64,000 bases of DNA. Source: Rhodothermales bacterium (lineage in GTDB: Bacteria > Bacteroidota > Rhodothermia > Rhodothermales > Bin80). A model generated the notes under the pieces. That model saw only the letters and a program-made list of their open reading frames with translations, did not search any database and was not told the DNA's origin. The stretch covers positions 16,714-80,713 of the forward strand of contig OZ220707.1 in the NCBI GenBank assembly GCA_965116685.1, in the 5' to 3' direction. Each line of letters begins with the position of its first letter. Position 1 is the stretch's first letter. Shown here piece by piece: positions 22,021 to 31,081 of the stretch. Made by a program: the position numbers and the translations under genes.

Positions 22021-22599
22021 ATGAGGAATACAGAGAAATCAACTATTGAAGATTTTGTTGTCATTGCATACCTGCTCAAGAAGGCAGAGAAAGAAGGAAG
22101 AGGACTGACACCATTACAAGTCAACAAGTTGGTTTATATCTGCCATGGGTGGGCATTGGGAAAGTTGAACCGACCACTGATTGATAATCGCTCGGGCCAA
22201 ATAGAGGCATGGAAATATGGTCCGGTGGTCCGGGGGGTGTACGACCGCCTGAAAGACTGGCAGGCAAAGGAGGTTACTTATAATTCTTTCTGCGAAAAAT
22301 TTGGCTCATACGGACTTGGCAAAGAACAGGCAAAGGAGTTTCTTTCTGGGGAGATAGCTGATCTTGAGGAGAAAGATCCTCAAATATGCAGATTATTGGA
22401 TGTGGTTTGGTACGTGTACAAAGATCTGACCGGGGGGCAGCTAATCACCATAACGCACAAGGAAGAAACTCCATGGCAAAAGCATGTGAAGTATGGGATG
22501 TTTCGCCGAGTAGTCCATGGAGTACATATTCCTGATTCAACGATAGCTGAGCATTATCAGATTAAGTTGGCAGACACACCGTCGCTATCTGATGTCTGA
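22021..22599 (+). CDS. Panacea/DUF4065 (SocA-like) antitoxin-domain protein
   Basis: LTPLQVNKLVYICHGWALGKLNRPLIDNRSGQIEAWKYGPVVRGVY follows the DUF4065 signature (LQKLLY..qGw.L...g.pLf.e.feAWkyGPVvp.vY). The ATG at 22021 is preferred over the TTG at 22015. Confidence 0.75.
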   Translation: MRNTEKSTIEDFVVIAYLLKKAEKEGRGLTPLQVNKLVYICHGWALGKLNRPLIDNRSGQIEAWKYGPVVRGVYDRLKDWQAKEVTYNSFCEKFGSYGLGKEQAKEFLSGEIADLEEKDPQICRLLDVVWYVYKDLTGGQLITITHKEETPWQKHVKYGMFRRVVHGVHIPDSTIAEHYQIKLADTPSLSDV

Positions 22600-22894
22600 A
22601 ATAACGCCATCGATGTCAGAGGGATTTGAGAGGTTTCGTGAAAAGGCCCTACCTGATACTCCCCCTAAGGGAGCCAAAGCAGACACGTTGACTCCACCCC
22701 AACACTGGACTACTCAAATCTATGAAGATGAGTACAAACCTTTACCCCGATGGGTCAAGTCTGACATCAGATACGGGATTCTTCTTCTGGCATTCTTTAT
22801 TGCCGTGAATCATGGCTCCAGACACGTACGAAGTTCATTGTGCCAGTGGGGATGGCAAAATTTCTGTGAGATAGAGCAAGTACGTTCCGAATAA
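22592..22894 (+). CDS. Small hypothetical protein with one predicted TM helix (candidate PanA-associated toxin)
   Basis: 100-aa ORF whose ATG overlaps the panA-like stop by 8 nt (ATGTCTGA). Hydrophobic stretch IRYGILLLAFFIAVNHG. No family recognised. Confidence 0.45.
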   Translation: MSEITPSMSEGFERFREKALPDTPPKGAKADTLTPPQHWTTQIYEDEYKPLPRWVKSDIRYGILLLAFFIAVNHGSRHVRSSLCQWGWQNFCEIEQVRSE

Positions 22895-23264
22895 TCTCGT
22901 TTTCCGGTATCGGAATTTTTTAATAGAATACGGTTATAGTATATGATGAAACAGGCTGGATGCCTTGAGTCAAGAACTGGTGAACAGGTTCCCCTGAAGT
23001 CATCATCCTGTTGATCGCCTGCTTCAGACCAATTTCGCGGCTATGGGATATTAGATGATCCGATCGCAAATCCTCATTATGGGAGGATTTTACATTGGGG
23101 AGGTGCTTCTGTTTATGAGGAAACCAAGTAAATCCAAACCTCCAGCCCGCTACCCCGAGAATAGGTTACAGCTTGGCATATAACTCCCAATTTTATATCC
23201 TGTCAGACAGTCTCTAAACAGAGCAGTAAGAATTTCCAGTTTGACCTTAAATACTTCTAAAAGG

Positions 23265-24743
23265 ATGAGTAGCACAGTCGAATTAAAACATTTTATTGGA
23301 GGGATATGGGAGCCCTCGAAGGCAGATGATATCCTGAAGGGTATCAATCCTGCAACCGGAGAAGCGATCAGCACCATCCCGATGGGCTCATCTGTGGAAG
23401 TAGATATGGCGGTACGAAAAGGGCAGGATGCCTTTGCAGAATGGCGGCGCACCCCGGTAACGGAGCGGGTTCAGTATCTCTTTGCATTCCGTCAGCTGCT
23501 TGAGCAGCATTTTGAGGAGATCGCATCTCTAATGACACAGGAATGTGGAAAAACCATTGTGGAAAGTAGGGGAGAACTGCGGCGCGGGGTCGAAAATGTT
23601 GAGGTTGCATGTGGCATGCCAAGTCTGATACAAGGCTACAATAATGAAGATGTTGCCAGTGGCATTGATGAGCACATGATCCGGCAGCCACTTGGTGTTG
23701 TCGTTGCGATTACCCCATTCAATTTCCCTGGCATGATCCCGTTGTGGTTTCTGCCCTATGCCATTGCGGCCGGTAATTGCTTTATCCTGAAGCCGAGTGA
23801 AAAAGTACCCCAGACCAGCGCCTGGTTGATGCGGCTGCTGGATGAGGTAGGATTACCCAAAGGGGTCGTACAAATGGTTCATGGTGGAAAAGAAGCGGTA
23901 GATGCGCTCATTGAGCATCCCTTGACACGAGCAATCAGCTTTGTAGGATCAACCAAGATTGCCCAGTATGTATATGCAAAAGCTGCCAAACATGGTAAGC
24001 GGGCTCAGTGTCAGGGAGGAGCCAAAAACGTAGCGGTCATTTTAGAGGATGCCGAAATGGACTTGACCTCGGAAATTCTGGCAGACTCGGCGTTTGGGTG
24101 TGCAGGCCAGCGATGTCTGGCAAACAGCCTGGCGGTAACCGTAGGAGGAGCACGGGATGTGTTTACGGAAGCAATGGCAGAAGCGGCCCGCATGCGCAAG
24201 GTCGGGTATGGATTGAATGAGAATTCAGAGATGGGACCGGTCATCACATCGGAAAGTCAATCAACAATTGAGAAGATGGTGGGCGTGAGCGAGAAAGAAG
24301 GTGCACGTATTCTGGTTGATGGGCGGGGGAGAACGGTAGATGGGTTTCAAAATGGGAATTGGGTGTTTCCCACGCTGATTGATGACGTGGATCCTAGTAG
24401 CACACTTGCGAAGACGGAAATATTTGGACCCGTATTCGGGTTGATGCACACGGCGAATCTGGACCATGCGATTGAGCTGATCAACTCGCAGGCGTACGGC
24501 AACATGGCCTGCCTGTTTACCAGGAGTGGCGCTGCAGCTCGAAAATTCCGTTATGAAGTGGACGCAGGCAATCTCGGAATTAATCTAGGTGTCGCTGCTC
24601 CAATGCCATTTTATCCGTTCAGTGGTTGGAAAGACAGCTTCTTCGGCTCCCTTCATGCCCAAGGCAAGCACGGGGTGGAATTCTATACACAGACCAAGGT
24701 CGTCGTTGAGCGTTGGCCAAGTATCTGGAGCCGAAAATTTTAG
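23265..24743 (+). CDS. mmsA: Methylmalonate-semialdehyde dehydrogenase (CoA-acylating)
   Basis: Typical MMSDH N-terminus (LKHFIGGIWEPS), PLGVVVAITPFNFPGMIPLW, FILKPSEKVP, FGCAGQRCLA. ATG at 23265 with an AAGG 5 nt upstream. Confidence 0.88.
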   Translation: MSSTVELKHFIGGIWEPSKADDILKGINPATGEAISTIPMGSSVEVDMAVRKGQDAFAEWRRTPVTERVQYLFAFRQLLEQHFEEIASLMTQECGKTIVESRGELRRGVENVEVACGMPSLIQGYNNEDVASGIDEHMIRQPLGVVVAITPFNFPGMIPLWFLPYAIAAGNCFILKPSEKVPQTSAWLMRLLDEVGLPKGVVQMVHGGKEAVDALIEHPLTRAISFVGSTKIAQYVYAKAAKHGKRAQCQGGAKNVAVILEDAEMDLTSEILADSAFGCAGQRCLANSLAVTVGGARDVFTEAMAEAARMRKVGYGLNENSEMGPVITSESQSTIEKMVGVSEKEGARILVDGRGRTVDGFQNGNWVFPTLIDDVDPSSTLAKTEIFGPVFGLMHTANLDHAIELINSQAYGNMACLFTRSGAAARKFRYEVDAGNLGINLGVAAPMPFYPFSGWKDSFFGSLHAQGKHGVEFYTQTKVVVERWPSIWSRKF

Positions 24744-26106
24744 CGGATTCAATTGATCCCCGCCTGAATTCCCGGGAAGTTCAGCTATAAACGAAAATCA
24801 TACACCTTCGGCCACAAGTTAGGGGACTCATTGGCACGGGCCATGAAAATGGGGGTATGCAGAAAATCACAAAAATACAAGAGATAATTTCTGTTTCAGC
24901 GTTATTGTATCTCCGGCTTCGATGGTTCATCAAATGGGGTGGTCGCGTGCTGGGAATGCAGATATCGCATCTGGAACCGCGGCATTCTGTGATCTGTTCA
25001 CTAGGGTAGTGTGTGTGCATTTCGACTGGCTGAACCCATTATCTCATGGCTATGCGTAAATCCCGGCATTCCGCTTCCCCTCCACTGACAGCAACGTTTG
25101 ATCGAGGCCCGGCGAAATATTTTCATGGGCGGAAAGAGATATTGACCAATTTTAATGAGCTTATAGAGAAGTCGGTGCAGGCGAAGTCGGGTACTATCTT
25201 TCTGATTCAAGGTGCCCCTGGTGCAGGGAAAAGTGCTCTGATGTATGAATGTGAGAGACAAGCAATAGATAGTGGATGGAAGGCTGTGAGGATGTCCGCG
25301 CGTGCCTTCTGGGATCCAGACAAATTGCGCCGAATCCTTGGGTTAGGGAAAATTCCCATAATTATAGGCGGAGCAGCAGAAATCAGCGTAGGTCCTTTTG
25401 CCAAGGGTGGGATTACAGTCGGGAAGGCCTCGCCTGAAACAGTGGATATTCTTAAGAGCGTAAAGCAGCCACTGCTGCTCAAGCTAGATGAAGCGCAAAC
25501 GCTGGGAACAACCAACACGCCCCCGCCTGACCAAGCCGGGACTGTAACCGAGACGCTGAATGAGATTCATAACGGCGAATTGAACTGGCCTGTCATTTTG
25601 GTCGCGGCGGGTTTGGAAACGACAGCGAAGGCCTTTGCGTCACTTGGAATTTCGAGGTTTTCGGGAAAATACTTTGTGGAATTGGGAACGTTGGAAAAGG
25701 AGTCTGAGCACGCGGTAATTCATGACTGGCTCACGAAGGAAGGCGGGGCGAAAGGAGATCCCGCGGAATGGATTGATGTTATTGCCCAAGAAACGCATGG
25801 CTGGCCGCAGCACATCTTATCGTATGTAGTGTCTGTCCCGGAATACCAGAACATCCTTAAAATGTGCCCTGTAGGCCTCCTACGGCCGCTTTTTGGCGTA
25901 ATCCTCTAGATTTTTCCTCCACGAGTTTCGAAAGCCCCCTCGGTGGTGGGCGATTTTCAGGAAACTCCACAATCCTGGTAAAAACTCGTACTGGAGGTCT
26001 TCAAAGACGGTTTTTTCTCTGAATTCATCCTTCAGATTTTCGATTCAAACCTGGCTCTGGGGAGTATAATGGAGAAATTGCCTGCCATCTTCAATTTTTT
26101 TTTGCT

Positions 26107-29100
26107 ATGAGAAAAGTGTATGACAATCAATTATCCATTGACACCATTCCCATGGAGAACATCAAGCTTGACCCGCGCGGCCGGCAGGCAGCTGAAGGTT
26201 TTCTGTATGGGATTCGAGAGATTTTCCTGGACGACCAGACCCGAGTGAAGCTGATGGCTCTTTTGGAGTCGTATCAACCGGGCAACCGTAAAAAGTTGGG
26301 GCGGTGCGCCAGGCTAACTGGTAAAATGTAGCGGGTGGAAGTCCCGTAGTATGAAGATGCAACCAGTTTAACCAATCACATACTTCCTCGAGCCGTGCGT
26401 TGTGCCCCGCGAGGGTCACGACGAAGCGTCGGCAGAGGTGCGTATGGCCGGAGCTATCGAGCATCGAAATCGTTATTATTTGAGTCGCCGAGGCGGTCGT
26501 CCCAGTCGAAGGCAACACGTAATCCATCGTCATGGTGAGACGGATTACGGGCTCACGGTGTCAAAGAACTCATGGACATACGTACGCATTTTGTCGGGAC
26601 CTGGGAGGTCTCCATCTTATCCTGTAGTCGTACAGGATTGCTTAGAGAAGGCGGAAGACGCCATAGCCTAAGATAGACGGGATGGAGAAGTCAGATAGAG
26701 ACATAGTAGCAATGAGGACAGCGAACAAGGAACCATCTGCGGAGCTGTTGGAGCGAAGGTCTCTACCCGAGGGGAATCTGGGAGATCCTACCACACACCA
26801 TGCGCAGAAATGGGCAAGTGTGCACCAGGGGATTGAGCGGATACGGGAAGTCGTACAACGGAACCCGAAGGAGAAACTTACAACGCTCTTGCACCACATC
26901 AGCGTGAAATCACTGACGGCGGCGTTTTTCGCATTAAAGCGAGAAGCGTCACCTGGGGTGGACAACGTGACGTGGGAGGAGTATAGCGTGGACTTGGACC
27001 GCAACCTTGCGGATCTCTGCACACGAGTACACCGTGGATCGTTTCGAGCGACCCCCAGCAGACGGGTAAATATACCCAAGCCTGATGGGGGCACACGACC
27101 GCTCGGGATCGCAGCTTTGGAGGATAAGATCGTCCAGACCGCGATGGTAAAATGTATTTTAGAGCCCATTTATGAAAATGAGTTCTGCGGGTTCAGCTAT
27201 GGATTCAGGCCGGGGCGCAGTGCCCATGATGCTTTGGATGCCTTAGCGTATGTGATCGAACGCCGGAAAGTAAATTTCGTGGTAGATGCGGACATTCGCA
27301 AATTCTTTGATCAGGTAGATCAGAAGTGGCTCATGCGCTTTCTTCGACACCGGATCGGAGACGAGCGAGTATTACGGATCATCATGAAGTTTCTAAAGGC
27401 GGGGGTGATGGAGGATGGAAGTTTACGGGACAGCGAGCTGGGTACGCCACAAGGTGCAGTCATCTCACCAATCCTGGCGAACATCTATCTTCACTATGTG
27501 CTGGATCTATGGTTTAGAGTCCAGCGCAAATCACGAAACATTGGCGGGGAGTCGTACATCGTCCGATATGCGGACGATTTCGTGGTCTGTTTCCAGTACA
27601 AGGCGGCGGCAGAACGTTTTCTACAAGATCTTCGGGCTCGGCTGGAGAAATTCGGTTTAAGCCTGCACCCTGACAAAACCCGTCTCATAGAGTTTGGACG
27701 TTTTGCAGAAGAAGGCTGTAAGAAGCGTAGAGAAAGCCGTCCCAAGACGTTTGACTTTCTGGGTTTTACACACTATTGTCGTAAGACACGGAAGGGGCGT
27801 TTTGGGTTAGGTCGCAAGCCAATTGCGAAGCGCATGGCGCGCTTTGTGATGCGTATTTATGTGGAGCTTCGGAAACGGATGCACCATTCGGTGCATCAAA
27901 CGGGGAAATGGCTTGGACAGGTGCTCAATGGGTGGCTGAATTATTACGCGGTACCATTGAGTATGCCGTATCTACAGAGGTGCTATGATCGTCTAAAACG
28001 AATTTGGTTGCGCGTACTACGTCGCCGATCCCAACGGGATCGAACGACCTGGGAGCAACTGTATGCGTTAATAGAACGCTATTGGCCGAAACTGACCATT
28101 CGCCACGACTGGCCGACAAGACGAATGACCGTTAGGCATGTCGATGCAACCCAAGGGAGGAGCCGGATGCGTTAACGCGCTCGTCCGGATCTGTGCGGGG
28201 GGCCCAGGGAAACCTGGGTCCCTACCGCGATTCGTGGGATGAGTATGTGGTGCATGATCGTTTTGGCCGGCTTAAAGCAAGCGATGAACTGTAGCTACGA
28301 CATGTTAGCCTTTTTGGCAAATCATGCGGATGTGGTGCGACAGGTGCTGAGACATGGCGCGGGCGATACGACGCGTTATACTCGTTCCACTCTCCATGCG
28401 AACCTATCGGAGTTGCCCCCCGAATTGCTGATGAAGGTCAATCAATTGGTGGTTGAATTTGGACACCGGATGGTGGGCACGAAACGGGGCGAGACGCTCA
28501 AGTGTCGGTGCGACTCAAAACCGGTGAAGACCAATATCCGTTTTCCAACCGATCTCCTCTTGCTCTGGGATTCGACCCGTTGTCTGATTCGTATCTGTGC
28601 GAAGGTCGCCAAACGATTCGGGCTGGAGGGTTGGCGGCAACACGCCGATCTTCGCGAGAAGGTCTACGAGAAGTATCAGGGCGCTCGAAAAGGGAAGAAG
28701 GGGGACTACAAAATGAAGCAGGTTCGCCGCTATCGGAGCAAATGTCGTCAGGTGTCGAAAAAAGCGCTAATACTCCTGGATGCGATAGAGAAGAAGATTT
28801 TGGCCTGTCCCAAAGAAGATTCGTCCACTTTGCAGGAACTATTTGAAGCAAAACAGGAAATGAATCTGTATTTAGAGTACCTTGAACGATTTTCCGACCA
28901 GATTCGGCGCCGCATCCTTAAAGGGCAGCAGATTCCGACCCATGAGAAAATCTATTCCATCTTCAAGCCCTTCACGCGATGGATCGTTAAGGGGAAGATG
29001 GGCATCCTGTGCGAGTTGGGGGTCCCGGTTGCGGTCGTGGAGGATTCGAATCAATTTATTTTAGGCTATGGGATTGTTTGGGAGGGGACGGACAAGGATA

Positions 29101-29516
29101 TTGCGGTTCCCCTGGTGGAGGCCATTGAGGCCCAGTATCCCGGGATCGTCATGAGTTGCTCGTATGACCGGGCGTTTTACAGTCCAGCGGTACGTGAGCA
29201 GTTGGACGAAAAGCTGGCGGTCGCGGCCATGCCAAAGAAAGGAAAGCGGACGAAAGAGGAACGAGAACGCCAAAATGATCCGGCCTACCAAGCCGCTCGG
29301 AAGGGACATTCGGGGATCGAATCCTGCCTGAACCATCTCAACAAACGGGGCTTGGATCTGGTGCGTGAGACCAGCGCGCAGAGCTTTGAACGTGTGGTGG
29401 CAACCTCGGTATTGGCTGCGAATATTATCCGGTTGGGAACGCTGATTCGAGAACAGGAACGAAAGCGTCTCAAACGTCTGGCCAAGCAACGCAGGCGATT
29501 GCGTCTCGCGGCGTAG
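26107..29516 (+). CDS. DDE transposase split by a group II intron (exon 1 26107-26303, exon 2 28232-29516; 493 aa if spliced)
   Basis: Exon 1 ends ...KKLGR(cg) and exon 2 starts (t)RGMSMWCMIVLAGLK. The join is in frame (197+1285=1482 nt). Exon 2 carries CDSKPVKTNIRFPTDLLLL, typical of IS4/IS5-superfamily DDE enzymes. Confidence 0.7.
26304..28231 (+). mobile_element. Full-length bacterial group II intron (1928 bp)
   Basis: 5' GTGCGCC. Domain V-like hairpin 28160-28191 (GAGCCGGAU...GUCCGGAUC). Domain VI 28195-28228 has a GAAA loop and a bulged A at 28224, 7 nt from the 3' end (...CGCGAT). An RT/maturase ORF lies inside. Confidence 0.85.
26682..28175 (+). CDS. Group II intron reverse transcriptase/maturase (no obvious HNH endonuclease domain)
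   Basis: RVNIPKPDGGTRPLGIAALEDKIVQ, SYGFRPGRSAHDAL, TPQGAVISPILANIYL, IVRYADDFVVCF, and an X/maturase-like LNGWLNYY. Confidence 0.9.
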   Translation: MEKSDRDIVAMRTANKEPSAELLERRSLPEGNLGDPTTHHAQKWASVHQGIERIREVVQRNPKEKLTTLLHHISVKSLTAAFFALKREASPGVDNVTWEEYSVDLDRNLADLCTRVHRGSFRATPSRRVNIPKPDGGTRPLGIAALEDKIVQTAMVKCILEPIYENEFCGFSYGFRPGRSAHDALDALAYVIERRKVNFVVDADIRKFFDQVDQKWLMRFLRHRIGDERVLRIIMKFLKAGVMEDGSLRDSELGTPQGAVISPILANIYLHYVLDLWFRVQRKSRNIGGESYIVRYADDFVVCFQYKAAAERFLQDLRARLEKFGLSLHPDKTRLIEFGRFAEEGCKKRRESRPKTFDFLGFTHYCRKTRKGRFGLGRKPIAKRMARFVMRIYVELRKRMHHSVHQTGKWLGQVLNGWLNYYAVPLSMPYLQRCYDRLKRIWLRVLRRRSQRDRTTWEQLYALIERYWPKLTIRHDWPTRRMTVRHVDATQGRSRMR

Positions 29517-29816
29517 CCAACCCACTCATTCAGGAAAGAAAATCAAGTGCTCATCTGGGCGGATTGGGGCAGTATGTCCAGGAGACACGAAATAGCACGC
29601 CGACGCCTCATCCAGTGCTCCCCAATCGTCTCATCTACGACTACTCCCACCAAAAAATAAAAAAGTTTCAACTGAAAATGAGGAAAATTTCCCAAGGTCT
29701 CGGAACAGATACCGCGCGAGGGTACTTTCTGGACGGACACTATGTAGATCCGGCGGTGCGTTATTTACGAGACAATTATGGTGTGATGAACGCAGACGGG
29801 TTGAATATCGTCTTGG

Positions 29817-30462
29817 GAGCGCCAGGCTAACTGGCAAAATGTAACGGGTGCAAGTCCCGTAGTATGAAGATGCAACCAATCACATACTTCCTCGAGCCGT
29901 GCGTTGTGCCCCGCGAGGGTCACGACGAAGCGTCGGTAGAGGTGCGTGTGGCCGGAGCTATAGAGCATCGAAATCGTTATCGTCTGGGTCGCCGAGGCTG
30001 TCCAAGTGGTCGAAGGCAACATGTATGTCACCGCCATGGCGAGGCGGCATACAGGCCCACGGTGTCTAAGAACTCAGGGACATATGTACGCATTTTGTCG
30101 GGACCTGTGAGGGCTCTATCCTGTCCTAAACGCAGAGTTGGGATCGCGCAGGGAAGGCGGAAGACGCCGAAGCCTGCGATGCACGGGATGGAGCAGTCAG
30201 ATGGGGACATAGTAGTGAAGAAGGCGGCGAACAAGGGGCGACCTGCGGAGTCGCTGGAGCGAAGGTCCCCACCCAAGGGGAAGCTGGGAGATCCGGGCTC
30301 ACGCCATACACAGAGATGGATCAGTGAGTTTATGGGATCAATCGGCTACGGCAATTCTGCCGTTATGCACGCCGGTGCGACCCGAGGGAGGAGCCGGATG
30401 CGTTAACGCGCACGTCCGGATCTGTGCGGGGGGCCCGGAGCAATCCGGGTCCCTACCGCGAT
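29817..30462 (+). mobile_element. ORF-less (RT-deleted) group II intron derivative, 646 bp
   Basis: Its 5' ~370 nt and 3' ~90 nt align with 26304-26680 and 28140-28231 of the full intron, including the domain V/VI hairpins. Only ~50 N-terminal and ~10 C-terminal RT codons remain. The 5' end reads GAGCG instead of GTGCG. Confidence 0.8.
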
Positions 30463-31081
30463 AAGCAGGGCGCCGATTTCGATCAGATTACTACAAACAA
30501 CGAGTAGATGATTTTCGTGGAGATCAGATCCGATGCCTGGCAAGCTCAATTGCGGGCACTCCACCAAGTGAACCTGTTGAGTATAAAGATATTATGTTAT
30601 CACTTAAGGAGGAATATAGCGCCAGCGAGGCGGAGCAACTGTTTCAACGCTTTCGGGAAAAGGGGGTACTGTGGAAGTGGGGGATAGGGTATGCCGTTCC
30701 GATCCCCTCTATGCATAATTGGCTAGTGAATGAATACGCCCCTACCTAGATTCAATTTCCCCATCAGACGGTGTGGCTTCGTGGAAGGGAACAGGAGCAG
30801 AGATAGGGCGGTAAGTGCCCCATTTTCATCCAAATATAGGATGGTATTTCCTTGTCCGAAGTAGATATTTCCTCTCCACGCCGCTGATAAACGAGCGGTA
30901 TTCCCAGTAGAGGTGCTGGGCGGAGTGATTTGCTGGATGTATAATTTTTCTCCATTGGTCCATAAAAATCAGCCCCCCAGAATTCAGAACTGGTGATTAC
31001 GACTCTGAGCCGTCCCCCTCAATATTCAGATATTGATATTAGTACGTAGTTTAGACCTTGGAGTCACGCAAGAACAGGACC

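Larger units (their letters stand above)
25829..29740 (+). mobile_element. Insertion sequence (1984 bp without its intron; DDE transposase, family not assigned)
   Basis: 6-bp direct repeats TATGTA at 25823-25828 and 29741-29746. Imperfect inverted repeats GTGTCTGTCC... / ...GGACGGACAC. Excision restores the host ORF (...HILSYVDPAVRYL...). Confidence 0.8.
25046..30749 (+). pseudogene. Orphan P-loop NTPase (AAA_22-like Walker A/B) interrupted by an IS and by an ORF-less group II intron
   Basis: Walker A GAPGAGKSAL and Walker B LLLKLDEAQTL. The pieces 25046-25828 + 29747-29816 + 30463-30749 sum to 1140 nt, an uninterrupted 379-aa ORF. The third piece is 95 open codons with no start codon of its own. 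Confidence 0.75.

Noticed and set aside
21696-22127. A 143-aa minus-strand ORF upstream of and overlapping the panA-like gene.
   Set aside because: Its composition is unlike a protein, it overlaps the start of a well-supported gene, and it shows no motifs.
26402-26671. An 89-aa ORF here, and the 180-aa ORF at 29864-30406.
   Set aside because: Both lie in the 5' ribozyme domains of the two group II intron copies. The 180-aa ORF is a fusion of ribozyme sequence with RT remnants.
30764-30955. A 63-aa minus-strand ORF downstream of the ATPase gene, and the 95-aa ORF at 61145-61432.
   Set aside because: They have no recognisable motifs and odd composition. The second overlaps the SEL1 gene's 3' end. 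Both are probably non-coding.
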